DNA of 64,000 nucleotides from Octopus sinensis (GCF_006345805.1 NC_043007.1:74462001-74526000), one strand, 5' to 3'. Counted from the stretch's first letter, positions 26,180 through 41,082 are shown. The notes: generated by a model not told the origin, from the sequence alone. Made by a program: numbers and translations.

Positions 26180-27519
26180 ACCCTCTCAAGACCCAACAAA
26201 ATATCTTGATTTCTGTGTAAAATAATTGTAATACTTAAAAATAAGTTTTGACGCATATCATCATCCTCATCATTTAGCATCCATTGTCCATGCTGGTATG
26301 TTTTGGATGGTTTGACCAGGGCTGGTAATCTGAGGAGATGCACCAGAGTCCAGTCTGATTCAGCATGGTTTCTACATCTGGATGCCCTTCCTAATGCCAA
26401 CCTCTCCAAGAGTGTAATGAATGCTTTTACATGCCACTGGCATGACACCAGTATCTGCCATGACTACAATTTCATTTGGCTTGATAGGTCTTCTTCTCAA
26501 GCACAGCATATTGCCAAAGGTCTTGGTCATTTGTCATTGCCTCTGTGGGGCCCAGTGCTCAAAAAGTGCTTTTTATGTGTCACCAGCACAAGTGCTAGTT
26601 ACGTAACATCAGTATTGGCCACATTGCTTCTGTGAGGCCTAACATTCAGAAGGTGCTTTTTACATACCATCAGCATGGGTGCTAGTTATATGACACTGAC
26701 AATAGCCACAACAATCTTAATATATAATATTTACTTATATATTCACATAAAAATTTTGAAGGTCTGTTTTTTCTTTCCCTGTTTCGTAAATTAAATCACA
26801 GCTACATTTACATATTTCCCACTTGGTAACTGTCTAAATAAAATCCCGAGATGCTGGTTACTATTTGATACTAAGTATCATTGCTAGATATTTGATTCTA
26901 TCATTAGCCCTTTGCCTGTCCAAAGCATATTTATAAATTTATCCTGACTGTCTATGCTTTTTCCAGACTTTTAGTTGGCTCTTGTTTCGTATGTTCTGAC
27001 TAATACATAGCTTTCCTTTCATAAGTCCCAAGTTATTCTGGCTGTTGAAATAAATTGGGAATGTGTGTCATATATGATGCATGGATCGCAGGAAAACATG
27101 TACTGTGCATCACATGGAATACACAGGACAGGTAAACGGTTCAAGCAATATTTTTACTATCAGTTCTTAGAAATTTTCAAGTGTATATTATTTTGGAAAG
27201 ATTGTGTTTTCTCTTATCAAAGTTTATTCCAGCTCATGACTCACTAATGATTGAATGTGCATAAGAATACAGGTGTTATCAATGGTAATTCTTTTCATCT
27301 GAAAGACTGCAGAAAAAGGGCTATTAATTTTTGTGTATATTTTTCTGCTGAATTTAAATGTAATAATCTGACATATTTCAAGGCTTAGATTAATCAACAT
27401 GAAGACAGACTATCATTAAATACGATGTAAAATTTTGCAGGTGCAATGTCAATCAACAGTTCAAACTAATGCAGGTTCCCCCAATGTAAGTGACATTATG
27501 TCTTTTCCAATGTCTCTAT

Positions 27520-27528
27520 CTAACATAC

Positions 27529-27605
<77 letters not shown>
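27520..27605. repeat. (TA)n microsatellite (others at ~340, 21380, 40685, 58840, 58970-59105, 59510-59660)
   Basis: Direct inspection. Confidence 0.95.
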
Positions 27606-28219
27606 GATTGTTAGTTGGACTTCAAAGCATGGTTCCTTGACCTTTAGATTTATATTAAAAAAAAAGCAGATTTTGGTTGTGTATCTATTTTTCTTCATTT
27701 ACCCTTTCTTTTTAGCATTCTTATTTATTGTGCCTAGTGGTATTCTTATAGTAAAGTTTATGTTCCATTCTTCATTGTTTTTTTAGTAAATATTTTTACA
27801 TATATGTCTTTATTTCTTCGAGTTAGTACTTTTAGTTGCAACATTTTATAATTTTGTATTGTGTGTCATGATTTCTGTGGTTGACTTTCATTTTCTTCTT
27901 GTTTTTCTTGTTTACGATGTCACTTAGTAATTCTATTTGGTATCTAGAATAAAACTTGCCTGCTATTTTAGTATATATTTGTTACAGCAGACTGTATTAT
28001 TAATTCATTATGTGTTTGTTATAGCAGACTTGTGTTGTTATTAGTATTGCACAAAAATCATTTTGTTATACTGAATTGTTTTCTGTGTTAACTTGAAAAC
28101 TTTAGTCTTTTCTTTTCTTGATATGTTTATATTTTCACTAATAATTCAAAAAAGGTGAGGGGAAATGGTTGATGGGGCAGGGAGGATGCAGGCGGGCACA
28201 GGGCAAAGCCCTTCACAGA

Positions 28220-30640
28220 CAAGCATTAACCAGGGTGGTTTAAGATATCAATTCTGTTATGGTAGATGAGAACAGCTAGGTGCCAAGTATCTTGGTCCTT
28301 TGTCATTTCCTTCAAAAGGCTCAATGTCTTGAGAGCAACCTTCAATACATTGTTCCATGTCTTCCTGGGTCTCCCACTTCCACAACTTCCAGTGATTGAC
28401 ACTTCTTCATACAACTGTCCATGTCCATATGCGTATCATGACTGAGCTAGTGCAGTCTTCTCTCTTGTACACTGCATCTAAATCCCCTTATGCCTAACTT
28501 TTCTTTCAATACACTACTGCTCTGTCACACATTTACACTGACCTTGCACATCTAGTGGAACCCATGATTCACTACCATGTAGCATTGCTGTTCATACACA
28601 ATCACCCTACAATCTTCCTTTCACTTAGAGAGACCTTTGGTTGCCAACAAGTGTAAAAGCCCTCAGAATTTTCTCCATCCTATTCTTATTCTGGCTATTA
28701 CACTTTCCATACATCCTCCTCCACTGCTAATTAGGTCCCCTAGTTAGAGGAAATTATCCATTACCTCTATGTATCTGTATTCTTTATTGTCCCTGTGCAT
28801 CTTCCACATACAAGCACTACTTTCTCTGATAACCTTCCTATATTCCACAGCACCACTTGTGTGTCCTTAGCTTACACTGGGTACGCTGTATGGAATTCTT
28901 GCTCATGCCTTTCCTACATACTAGCAGGGCCATTTACCTGATTGGAATAGGGTCCTGTCTGTTTTCTTACTAGAACCTTGGTCTTTGCTAAGTTAACTTT
29001 AAAGCCCTTTGATTCCAGATTTTGCTTCCACACCTAGAATTTCTTTTCTAGTTCTGTTACAGAATTTGTTATGAGAACAAGATCAACAGCATATTACAGT
29101 TCCCAGGAGCAGCCAATCTTGACTTCCTCTGTTATGGCCTGGAGGACAATGATGAATAGCAGGGGACTGAGAACCAAACCCTGATGAATACCTGCCTGTA
29201 TACTAAATACGTCACTATACTCCTGGTTAACTCTCTCACCTTACTGACAGAACCTCTCTACATGGCCTGTACAGTTTTCACAAGCCATTTGTCAACCCCT
29301 AGCTTCCTGAAAGCCCACCATATCACGTAGCAGATATTCTGTTGAGGGCTTTCTTCAAGTCAAGAAATACCAAATACAATGGTTTGTTCTTAACCAAATA
29401 CTTCTTCTGCAGTCGTCTGACTATAAAGGTAGCATCAGTAGTACTTCTCCCCATCACAAAGCCAAGTTGCTTTTCATCTAATCTGATTCAGTTCGTAATT
29501 AACTGAGCTATAACTCTTTCCATAACTTTCATGACTTGGTCTAGCAATTTGATGCTTCTGTAATTCTATTTAAGGCATCTCTTTTACCTTTGTAGCAGCT
29601 GACTATAATGTTGCTGCACCAGCCATCAAGGATAATACCTTCCTGAATAACCTGATTAACTATACAGGTGACTAAGCTGTGTCCTATTCTGCTAGATATT
29701 TTAAGCATTTCAGTGGTAACTCCCAATAGACCAGTGGTAACTCCTTAATTGCCTTGTCTATCATACTGCTGTCAGTTTGAAAACTGCCAGTCCTTCTGTT
29801 GGCTTCTCATAAGGGAGACTACCTGTTTCCCATTCGTTCTCCACATTTAATAGTTTCTCATAGTAACACTTCCACACCTCTTTCTTTTCAGTGTCACTAA
29901 ATGCAAGAATGCCATTGTTCATCCATTATTCTCTGACACACTGTCTAGCAACCCAGAACACATCAAATTTCTGATGTTCACACAGTAAGAGATTGGCAAA
30001 CCTCTTCCTTTCTGCTTCTGCCCTTACTAGATAATCCTGTCACTTAGCTTCCCTTTAGGCTACCTGTTACAGCACTTTGCTGTCTCCGTTTCTCCAATCT
30101 GTTAAAACCTGTCTCTTTGCTTTTATGGCTCTGTCTATCACACTGTTCCACCACCAAGTCACAGCCTTTAGAAGGTTGTCCTGTAAAAACTTCCAGTTGT
30201 CCTCTACATTATACATCACAACCTCCTCTTTTTCATCATATACTTTAATCATGATGTCTCCAAATCTCTGACTGTTTGGTGGTTCTTTGAGCTTTTGTAA
30301 TTTCCTTTTCCAAACTGGTTTGCACTGCCGTGTCCATCTAGCTCTAAGTCTGAAGTTGCTAACCACTAACTTATGTTGAGTTGTACATTCCTCACTGGGA
30401 AAGGACTTTGCATTTATAAGCATCTGTTTATCTCAGTTTCTGATGAGGATGTCGTCAATCTGGCTTGTATGCCCACCAGATTTACTATGGTATCACCACC
30501 CATGCTTTTTGCCATGACTCCTGATTCTCCACCACTTGACCAGACCAAGCCTGAAGATAATGGGATCCCTGGGTTGCACTGAGCATTCAAAGTGTCAATG
30601 TTCACTGGATCCTGCAATTTATGTGGATTGCCTTGCTCTT
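28220..30640 (-). mobile_element. Decayed RTE-clade LINE (endonuclease C-terminus plus RT)
   Basis: Minus strand EECTTQHKLVVSNFRL, FLDLKKALNR, GIHQGLVLSPLLFIIVLQAI, GCSWEL*YAVDLVL; many stops. Confidence 0.9.
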
Positions 30641-31041
30641 AATCAATGGATGAGCCAAGTGATCCCCTGATATAAATGGTTGACATTTATGAGTGTGAGA
30701 GTGAAAAGAAATGGTAAGACAGAATTCAGTTCATGTTATGAGTGAATAATCTTTTGAGACAAGTGCAGGTATGGCCATGTTGTAAAGACGTTCAAGTCCA
30801 GTCCTTGGGCAGGTGTCTTCTATTACAACCAGCCAAAGCCTAGTGAGTGGAAACTAAAAGTTTGTGATGTGTATATGTGTTTATAAGTGCTCATATACCC
30901 TTGTCAGGGCTTCACACAATCATTCCAAACAGGTGTCCCATCATACAAGTCGAACAAAAACAAAAAATTCAAAATTCAAAGTCGTTATGAAAATATAAGC
31001 AAATAGCAGTTTGAAGTTTAAAGAAATTATGAAGAATAATA

Positions 31042-31434
31042 GGCGCAGGAGTGGCTGTGTGGTAAGTAGCTTGCTAACCAACCACATGGTTCCGGGTTCA
31101 GTCCCACTGCGTGGCATCTTGGGCAAGTGTCTTCTGCTATAGCCCCGGGCCGACCAATGCCTTGTGAGTGGATTTGGTAGACGGAAACTGAAAGAAGCCT
31201 GTCGTATATATGTATATATATATATGTGTGTGTTTGTGTGTCTGTGTTTGTCCCCCTAGCATTGCTCGACAACCAATGCTGGTGTGTTTACGTCCCTGTC
31301 ACTTAGCGGTTCAGCAAAAGTGACCGATAGAATAAGTACTGGGCTTACAAAGAATAAGTCCCGGGGTGAGTTGCTCGACTAAAGGCGGTGCTCCAGCATG
31401 GCCGCAGTCAAATGACTGAAACAAGTAAAAGAGT
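31042..31434 (+). mobile_element. tRNA-derived CORE-type SINE (octopus OK/OR-like), young full-length copy
   Basis: A/B-box-like head gtggctgtgtggtaag...ggttcagtccc; cttgggcaagt core; internal (TA)n(TG)n; CpG retained. Confidence 0.85.
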
Positions 31435-31628
31435 AATATAGAACTTAAACAAAACTTATCCACTCTCAAAATATATTAGAATAATATCTGGCTTTTTAAA
31501 AAACATGATTGGATCTTATAAAATGGGTTTTTTACATTATAAGACTGAAGATATATTTATTGGAACTTATCAGACCTAAAATGTATTAATTAGGAATTGT
31601 TTTCATTTTATTTATTTGTTTGTTTTAG

Positions 31629-31678
31629 GTATGAAGAAAATTCAAATGCAAGACGTCAGGAGTTATCTCGCCGACCAG
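31629..31678 (+). CDS. CCDC9: CCDC9-like exon (YEENSNARRQELSRRP)
   Basis: ttttag acceptor, cag|gtaaat donor; 50 nt, phase 2-1, fits both neighbours. Confidence 0.8.
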
Positions 31679-34380
31679 GTAAATATCTTTTACTTCTCAT
31701 AATTCTGTAAACACTTCATATTATTTTAATGTCTGATAGCTTGAGTCACACATTTCTTTTGTGCCATGGTTTCCATGAGACAGTTACTTGTTATTTAGTG
31801 GTCAATTCATTTACTTTTACAGCGGCAGGATGTCTTTGTAATGCATTCTTATGATTTATGTCAGGCTTGTTTAAACATTTTAAAATATACCTAAAAACAT
31901 ACCGATTTCCATATAACTCAAATTTATGACACAGCATTTTAACTTCAAGGCAAAAATTGTTTTAGCCTTGAACATTTGATAACACATTAAGAAGCATATG
32001 CCTTGTACTATAATATTTGGGGCAATGCATCCCTAAACATGTTTAGATCACAAACAGACTGACTTGCAAACCAATATTCATACACTTTATAAACACCAAC
32101 TCAAGTTGAAATTTACTCTCCTCCACTAAAAGAGGTCTCTATTTTTCTGGAACTATTAGAAGCCACCTCCTCTTTGGAAACACCTTTTCTTCATCATCCA
32201 ATGTAAATGATCTTACCTCTTGGACTCTGTATTAATTATATTGATTATAATTATATTATTCCTTCTCTCCTAAACAACCTCCATCTGGAACTTGCACCCT
32301 ACTTAAACATTTCCTTCATCTTGCCACAATAAACTGCACCAGCCTTACTCAGTTACTTCAATCTCTTTATCTAAGACAACCTAAATAGGTTAGGGTATTT
32401 TGCTGTCATTTCTCAGTTTAACATTACAAACATAACAAGAGTTATGAATATAATATTACTCATAAAAAAGTTATGAGTGGAAGTGAATGGATTTGAATAT
32501 TTTTGGTTTATGAAATGAAAACTTGATGAAGCATTAAATATAAACTGTGATGGACTTTTCTGTCATCCTGTTGAGAGTTCCACAGATTCTTACTGGACAA
32601 CCAACACAGATTATTTGCCTATAGTGAGCAAATGCTTGCGTTGTACATTAGCTCATTCACTCCATCAAATCAACATTACCTGTACAAGTACAAGGTGTGC
32701 TACACATCAGATATCAATCATCATTGTTCGACCGTGGTCAAGACCTTGTAAATTCCATAGTCTTTTCAAATGGCTAATAATGTGTGCGCGTGCCGCTACT
32801 ACACACATTGGAAAGCATTGTTCAACCAAGCACTAAAGAAGATCTTTCTTCCTCCATGAAACAAAGCTGTTCCCGCTGGACGTCAACCCAGTATTTCTAA
32901 GCTATGGACCGAGTGATTTATTGTAAGGTTATCTCCCTAGACAGATTGCCTTCACTGCGGCTAAGGAGCCCTTTCTACCCCACTGACAGGTTGTACTGGT
33001 TTACAGTTTACCAGTAGTAGGATCTGATGCTGCATACATCGGACCTGACCTGACAAGTTTCAGATATCAAAGTGATCACGGAGCAGTGTAAACTTATGTG
33101 TTTTGCTCAAGAACACAACACATGGCCTGGTCCAGGAATCGAAATCCTGATCTTCTACTCATGAGTGTAACACCCTAATCGCTAGGTTACACACCTTAAT
33201 GTGTAACAAAATGTTATAAACTGTAACAAAATATAAATCTTGCAGAAATTTAGATTATAATGAGGAGGCGAAGACATAATTCCAGCATGGATGTTCCAAA
33301 TCTGATGATAAAGATTTAAGAAACTCATTCAGCAGTCAGCTTCTGGTTGTAAATGTTTGAATAAATACTTTTTTGTTATTCTGCACTAGATGTTTTAGTT
33401 GTTTAATCTATGATCAAGGCATTCTGATTATGGCCATCCCATTTCAGTTTCAAACAGTGTATCTAGGACTACAATATCCAATGTGTCCTTCGTCTCTTTT
33501 TTTTTTTTTTTTTTCCATGATGGTACGGTTTGGTTTGACTGCTTGCTATCTCTAACAGATCAAGTCTCAGTGTAGAGGCTCCCCCTGGTAAATGTCATTT
33601 AATACTTAAGTTCTTAACACTTCTATAAAATCCTTTGATAGGAACTAAATACCATTCCAGTAGATGTTTGAATGCTTTTTTGCAGATTAAGCTTTTACAT
33701 TCACATTCTTTCCTGTCTTACATTCTACTGAATAAATACACTGTGTAATCTTCAACTATCATCATCATCATCATCATTTAAACCAGCCATATCTGACCAA
33801 AATATTCTACCTGTTTTTATAACTTTACACAGCTAGATCTGGCCTCTCATACACCCCCTGTAATGTTATTCTAAAAGTAAGCAGTCACATCATCAAAATC
33901 TCTAAGTTATGAGATAGTGCATGATTAGTTCAGGACAGTGTGAATAAATAAGCATTCAGACTAATCCGAATGCTAGAGGTTAATGTCTGTTTTCTATGCT
34001 AGCATGGGTTGGATGATTTGACAAGAGCTAGCAAAGATAGATGCACGCACTAATAAATACATATATGTATACGTGACGGGCTTCCACACAGTTTCTGACT
34101 ACCAAATTCACTTACAAAGCATAGGTCAGCCTGGGCTGTAGTAGGAGACACTTGCCCAAGGTGCTACACAATGGACTGATCCTGAAATCATGTGGTTGCT
34201 AAGTGAGTTTCTTAACCACACAACCTGATTGAAGATTAAATTTTGAGAAATTACTTGTTCATTTCACATGGAAAATTAACTAAAACTATGATTTCAAGTT
34301 AAAGATATTGAAAACAAGGTTAAATGTAATTGACTAGCCACTCCCCCAAATTTCAGACCCTGTGCATATAGTAGAGAGAA

Positions 34381-34749
34381 TTATTACCTCCACCTTAGCA
34401 AAGATGGCAGTATTGTTTTCAGTCATATTTGTTTGTTTGTACATGGACAAGATGTCTCAAGAATCACTGGATGGATTTGGATGAAACTTTCAGAGATGTT
34501 TGGCCTCATGACTGGCATGAACTGATTAGATTTTGGGATCAGTCTGGTACCGGACAAGGATTCTGAATTATTTTTCCTGTTTTTTAACTCAATTTTTGAT
34601 AGCAGTCTGGTTCATTTTTAGTATTCTCGTTTGTGAGAGCAGTTGAGTTTATTCTAGATATTCTCATTTTAAAAATCATCCCTGGCTAATCGTTGAGAGG
34701 ACATTGGTATTGCCTTGGTGGAGGTTTGCGCTCTCTGAGTGCTCTTGTT
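34381..34749 (+). mobile_element. Helentron-associated non-autonomous element (HINE/DINE-like)
   Basis: attacctccacc 5' end, (GTTT)n core, 3' ccttggtggaggt inverted repeat plus gcgctctctgagtgc stem-loop. Confidence 0.7.
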
Positions 34750-35959
34750 ATTATTGTAATGCTTTTTTTTTCATTTTATGTTTTCTTTTTTTATATCATA
34801 CCAGATTATTCATGAGTTGTGGGGTTAGCTTTAACTATGTAATTATGTTTGTGTGGGTGGGTGGGTGGGTCTGTGTCCCTCTGTATGCAAGTACTAAGCC
34901 CCAGGTGTTTGGTTGACTTGCAAGGACTTGGTCTCTATTTTAGTGTTTTGTGTATTTTGTGTGGTCATCTGTCTCCCATGAACATAATTTTCATAGTATG
35001 TAGCTGTTTCTCATAAGAGCTATATTCAATAATTCTTGATTTGAAAAGGTCTCTGGTAAGGAGTTTAATTTATAAAACCTACCTGTAACCTAATGGTCTT
35101 CCTATTTTACCTGTAAATCTGTTTATATTCTGAGAGTTGTTCTGTTTCATTGATATGTGTTTGTTTATCAATCATTTATATACATTTTATCTTTGTGGTC
35201 TTTTAGTGATTATATCAAATTTATTAGCCTAAACCTCTGTATTAACATACATAGTATTGTCACTTAATTTTCTTATGTAATTTTTTTAATGATTATTTCA
35301 TTATTCTATCTTCACAACACCCAAGAATTTGTTTAGTGAATCTACTTACCTGCATGTTGTTCCCGTCTGTGTGTCTGTAATATTTGATTTGATGACTATT
35401 GGAGTGTTTTCCAGATGCTCACAGCAATCTTATATCCTAGACTCAGTCACCTCACCCCATAAAGCATTAGCAGAAGTGATGAGTGACAACAATTTAAGAA
35501 TTGCATTGTATACAGCCAAGGAAAGATTCCAGAAGCATTTTTGGTCTAGGCTTTCAATTTTTTAGCATCTCTGGCCAGTCAATGCTGGTGATGATAAATT
35601 CTCAAAGTATGACATGGCAGATGGCCAGCAATATATGAAGTGTAGTGAGCTCAAAGGAACAAAATAAATCCTGCATTCAATTCTCGTTGTCAATCGAAGG
35701 GAGACGACTGTTGTTTTATGCTTTGGCTGATAGCAAGGGATCTGCCAAAATAATTCTGGTATTAATGTAGAGATAGCAGCATTACTGGAATCATTGTGCT
35801 TCAAGAGTAGTTTTACAGGCCTGGATGTGCTGCTGTCAGTTAGACTTGCCCAAGATGTTCAGTAGTAAATGAGAATTGTTGACTTGTGGAATTACTTTAA
35901 ACAGCTGTCATTGTCTGTTGGACAAATTCACTCATTCTCCAAAGCCATTGTAAAAATCC

Positions 35960-36825
35960 CTTCTACCAGTTTTCTTTGGCATGTGCCAGCACCATGTAAA
36001 AAGCACCCATATCTATGCCACTTAACAAGTACCTAGTACATACTGTAAGGTGGTTGGCATTACAAAAGGCATCCAGCCATAGAAACCAAACCAAAATGGA
36101 TGACTAGATCCTGGTGCAGCTCTCCGCTTTACCAGCTCCTATCAAACCGTCCAACCCATGCCAGTTTGGGAAACAGACATTAAATGATGATGATGATATG
36201 ATTAGACACAAGCCTGTCTTCTCCATTTAAGAGTTCTTACCCCAGATTGTTATCCCCAATGGTAGCTCTCCATAAAACACAGTTTTCCCACTACTAACTC
36301 CATCTACTGGATTGCATGCAAGCTCAACCTATATGTTACAGATTGGTGGAACAAGGCACCTGTTATGTAACAGCACCAGTTCAGACTCTCTAAATGCCAA
36401 GAGCAACACCTAGAAGTAGCACTTCAAAACTGTCATTCAACATTTCAGGCCATCAGCCTTCTCCTTGGGTTACCGCTCAGTCTATAAGTGCAAAGTGGTT
36501 GGTATTAGGAAGGGCATCCAGCCATAGAAACCAAACCAAAATGGATGACTAGATCCTGGTGCAGCTCTCCACTTTACCAGCTCCTGTCAAACCATCCAAC
36601 CCATGCCAGCTTGGGAAACAGACATTAAATGATGATGATGATGATATGATCAGACACACTTTGCAAAGTGGTTGGTATTAGGAAGGGCATCCAGCTGTAG
36701 AAACCATGCCAAAACAGACTATAGAACCTGGTATGGCTTCTGGCCTTGCCAGCTCCTGTCGAACAGTCCAACCCATGCCAACATGGAAAATGAATATTAA
36801 ATGATGATGATGATATTGATGATGA
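35960..36825 (+). mobile_element. Three copies of a SINE/LINE-tail family ending in ccaacccatgccagcatggaa...(GAT)n
   Basis: 36042-36210 and 36490-36660 nearly identical; other copies at 3245-3470, 6990-7180, 24080-24270 (+) and 26265-26700, 43870-44060, 45585-45725, 52765-52950, 53270-53600 (-). Confidence 0.7.
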
Positions 36826-38187
36826 AATCTCTACGCTAAGACATTACACTTCCTTTCTCTTTGCAGCACTCAAACAATCTATTTTATGAATGTTATTAAA
36901 CTGTAATTTTTTTCCCCCTGACACTGACTACCACAAGTTTTTCACAAACCTCACATTTCATTGTATATTACTTAGGAAATTTGCAATCCATTTTCAAATG
37001 AGATTATCCAGTTGAAGATTTTATAATTTATCCTGTTAGAGTTAAACCAGCATTATCTGGCCCAAATATTCTACCTGTTTTATGTTCAAAATGGCTTGAT
37101 CCAGCCTCTCACACCTATCTTACAATGTCATTCTAAATATAAACAATCAGATAGTTGAAATTTCAAAACTACATGATAATATATGATTTATTCAAAATAA
37201 TGTGAATAAATTAGCATTGCTAATATGTCTAAAATATATTAAAGGAGTAATAGTGGCCGTAACTAACTGTCACAATTGTAGTAACTGTAACTAACTGTCA
37301 CTCTATCAGTTACAACAACAAAGGTTCCATTTGATTTGATCGACAGAACTGCCTGCTTATGAAATTCATGTACGAGTGGCTGACTACTACCCTGAACATA
37401 GTTCTCAGGGAGATTCAGCGTGACACAGAATGTGACATGGTTGACCTTTGAAATACAGGTAGTACTCATTTTTTTTCAGCTGAGTAGACTGGAGCAACAT
37501 GAAATGAAGTGTCTTGTTCAGGGACACAACACACCCCCAGGAATCAAACTCATGCCCTTTCGATCATGAGCTAAATACTCTAACCAATAAGCCATGCACC
37601 TTCATTTGACAGAGTAATCTGAATGCTAAAGGATTATACACCATTTTCAAAGAGACATCTGGATTAATGGGGAATCTATAGTCTGCAGAATTCATTCTTA
37701 GATAGTATTATTTTGCATAGAGGTGCGCATATATATATCTTGTTATGAAGACCAATTGATCTCTCTCCTCCTCTTGTTTCCTAAACCATCTTACATGTTG
37801 CTATTTCCCATCATTTTAATTATGGAACATTAATTAGACCAAATTCATTTGCTGAATTTTTTTTTTTTTTCTTTTTTTTCCCCCCTGTTTCCTGTATGTC
37901 TAGTGGAGTCTGTCTGTGTGTCAGAAGAGATGAGGCTTTGTTCAAACGTTCAGAAAAGCATATCACCTGAAAGGAGACAAAAAGTAGGACTACTATGTAG
38001 GTACCATGCCAACGCAAATGACAATGAAGGAATTCTTTATACTTTCATTCATTTCGTTTCCTTATCCTATATATATTATATATATAAATAAATCTCCATG
38101 TCTCTATTATTAATCTTCTTCACACCCATTTCTCTCTTTTACTAATAACATAATTAAACAGATTCCTTACTTTTTTCTTCTTGTTAG

Positions 38188-38265
38188 CTGGTCGAATTGG
38201 CAGTGGTCGTTTTGACCGTGGCGAAAGAGATGACCGCCAGAGGGGTGAAGCCCCTGGAACCAAAG
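38188..38265 (+). CDS. CCDC9: CCDC9-like exon (AGRIGSGRFDRGERDDRQRGEAPGTK)
   Basis: Long pyrimidine tract plus ttag acceptor, aag|gtacct donor; 78 nt, phase 1-1; GC-rich island. Confidence 0.85.
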
Positions 38266-39354
38266 GTACCTGCATCAACTGTTTAAGTTTATCTGATGCT
38301 GGATATTTGCTGCATGTGTTCTTCTAATGTTCTTTTTAAAAAAAAAACTGTTTGTTTGTGGTTTGCTAACACACACATTCAAGTATACAAGCATGTTTAC
38401 ACACAAAACACACACAAATTATATAGGACATTTATGCAATTACATTAGAGTGCTTGATGCATGTTTGTGACTATGTGTTAAATTACTTCCCACTTCACTC
38501 ATAAATATATATATGTGTGTCAGTGAAGTGGGAATTGATTAATAAGAGTTTCATATCCTGACTTTTATAGCCTTCATTCTGTCAGTTAAATGCTATGTTC
38601 CATTTCATAGATTTTCTGACATAATATTTTATTTAAAAAAAATAAAAAAAAAAGAAAGAAAACTTTCTAACATAATGTTTCATTAAAAAAAAAACTTTCT
38701 GAGAATCGGCCACTTAATAAGTGTGTTTTTTTATATTTTCATTAAGAAAGAATTTTAAATAGAATGAATATGTGATTTCAAAATCTCAAAAACATCTCGA
38801 GGCTATGAGAATTAATTTAGCTTAAATTACAAAATTTTCCTCACAGAAATAAGGTGCCAAATAAAAAAAAAAAATGTTTGATTTATTGTAAATACTTAAC
38901 CATTCCAATGAGAAAATTTACTGCATGAAACTCAGGATTTGGATCTATTAATTGTAGCTCTCTCTCTTTCTCTCTCTCTCCCTCTTTATCTATTTTCTTT
39001 CTCTTGTTTGTTTTCCTAGAAGAGTGTATTCACACACACACAAACACATACACACACACAGAAATCAAAATACATAGTCAGACAAGCAGATCTTTAGTGT
39101 GTTGGGGAGAAGTGTTAGGTTGTAAGGCTAATTGAAGGAAAAGTGATATTGGGAAATGCAATTTGTAAAAGTGTTTTGACATCGAATCCACGTTTATTGG
39201 AATTTGAAACATTTTAAAATTAAATGCGAAATTTAATACATGACAGTTAAGCTAATATATTTTGTTAATTTAAGAAAAAAAATTTTTTCTCTTCATATCT
39301 TATCTGAATACAACATTCGTTATTCTATATAAACCAATACAGGCACACACACAT

Positions 39355-39595
39355 ATATATATATATATATAGATAGATAGATAGGTAGATTGATAGATAG
39401 ATATAGATAGATAGGTAGATTGATAGATAGATATAGATAGATAGATATATGTAGATAGATAGATAGATAGAGATATATAGATAGATAGAGATATGTAGAT
39501 AGATAGATAGATAGAGATATGTAGATAGATAGATAGATAGATATATGTAGATAGATAGATAGATATGTGTATATATATATATATATATATGTATT
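39355..39595. repeat. (GATA)n/(TA)n compound microsatellite
   Basis: Direct inspection. Confidence 0.95.
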
Positions 39596-40680
39596 TAGTA
39601 TTCATAGCATACAGAAAATATATGGTATTTTATGCTTTATAAAACATATACGTGTTTCAATAAATTACTGCCAGGTTTACATAATTGCTTGTTGGTCTAC
39701 CTCTTCAGTGTTTAGCAAAAAATAGGACGAATGGTGTTAATGCTGAATATATATTCCATTATGTATATAAAACACGCAGTCACACTTGTACATGATTGTG
39801 TGCATGCACACACACACACACACAAACAAACTCTCTTCATTGTTCTCTCTTTCTTCTACTCACTCATACAGATATTTATTGTTGAAATGTTTATTCTTAA
39901 TGATTTTGGTTTAAATTAGGATTGTTTGATTATTCATAATTCTGTTTCGCATTATTTTTTGTTGCATGTCAGTTTGATTTTGTGTTTGAATATTTTTGTT
40001 ACATTTTGCATCTTATTGGTTATTTGATAATGCTATTTCACAAAATATAATTTCCTAAGTTGTTGCATTTTATATTTGTGTGTGTGTGTATTCATTCTTA
40101 ATTTATATATTTACTCAATTCACATATAACTTGGATATTTGTTTTCTTTATTCACCTTATCGACAGTATATTTTGTATTTCTTATTAAGTGACTTGTTCT
40201 CAGAAAAATCTGTTTTGTTACTGTGAAAAATATGAAATATACTCACTTTTTTCTTTCTTTTTATTTTGCTCTCTGTATGTTGTTCAATTATGCATGGCTG
40301 ACCAAATGTGTCTTTGTATTCATACGGAATTATTAAATTGTAATATTAACCTCAAATCGTTAAGTGAACAGTTTTATAAATCTACAAATTATAGACCAGA
40401 TGAAAAAAAAAGCAGCAAATATACAGGTATATATAAATATATATATAAAAATTTACAGAATGAGATAAAAATCCAGAGCTGTGAAAAATTTCAGAACATT
40501 TATAAATAGGTCTTACAGCTGTTTCCGGGATATTTTATATATCCCTTCATTGGAGACTGTGTGAGAAAATGGTTAAGCAATAGTTATTCTAGAAAATGTA
40601 ATAGAGAATGAAGTGGAGGAATGAAAAGAGACGTGAGATATGCAGGGATATTGTATCTGTAGTTCCATTATTTAGGCAGA

Positions 40681-40718
<38 letters not shown>

Positions 40719-41036
40719 ATTCCTGTATCTTGTGAGTAAGTTATACACATACACACACACATTGTTTGCTGTTCCATTTTAGTAGGATTAACTAACCATG
40801 TTCCCTGAGCTTGAAGATTGCTTGGAGATACAAAGCACATTATAAAGTTATAAAAATACAAAGCACATTATAAAAATCAGTGTCTCCATTGCAATAAACT
40901 ATTAGTAGCTTTTATTTTAATGTTGCGAACATTAAATGATATATATGTGTACGTATACAGTTCTGTATTTAAGAGATGAGGAAATATGTACATTATTTAC
41001 ATTTGACGGATATTTGTCCTCATCTTGTTTGTTGTT

Positions 41037-41082
41037 AACACAACGTTTCGGCTGATATACCCTCCAGCCTTCATCAGGTGTC
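41037..41082 (-). ncRNA. Minimal type I hammerhead, family C, intact copy
   Basis: Minus strand reads GACAC-CUGAUGA-A-GGCUG(gaggguauau)CAGCC-GAAA-CG-UU-GUGUU; AACGUU palindrome. Confidence 0.7.

Noticed and set aside
29182-29188. CTGATGA (also at 4246, 30440, 43930, 48661)
   Set aside because: No downstream stem II/GAAA; these are chance matches, several inside coding or LINE sequence
31042-31120. tRNA-like A/B boxes
   Set aside because: SINE heads followed by the family body; no acceptor stem, so not tRNA genes
33302-33340. CTGATGA...GAAAC hammerhead-like string
   Set aside because: Weak stem II, and no stem I or palindromic stem III
39300-39605. ORFs rich in IY/YI, HT and CV repeats here and at 276, 8445, 21246, 27516, 58970, 59459 and 61881
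   Set aside because: Translations of microsatellites
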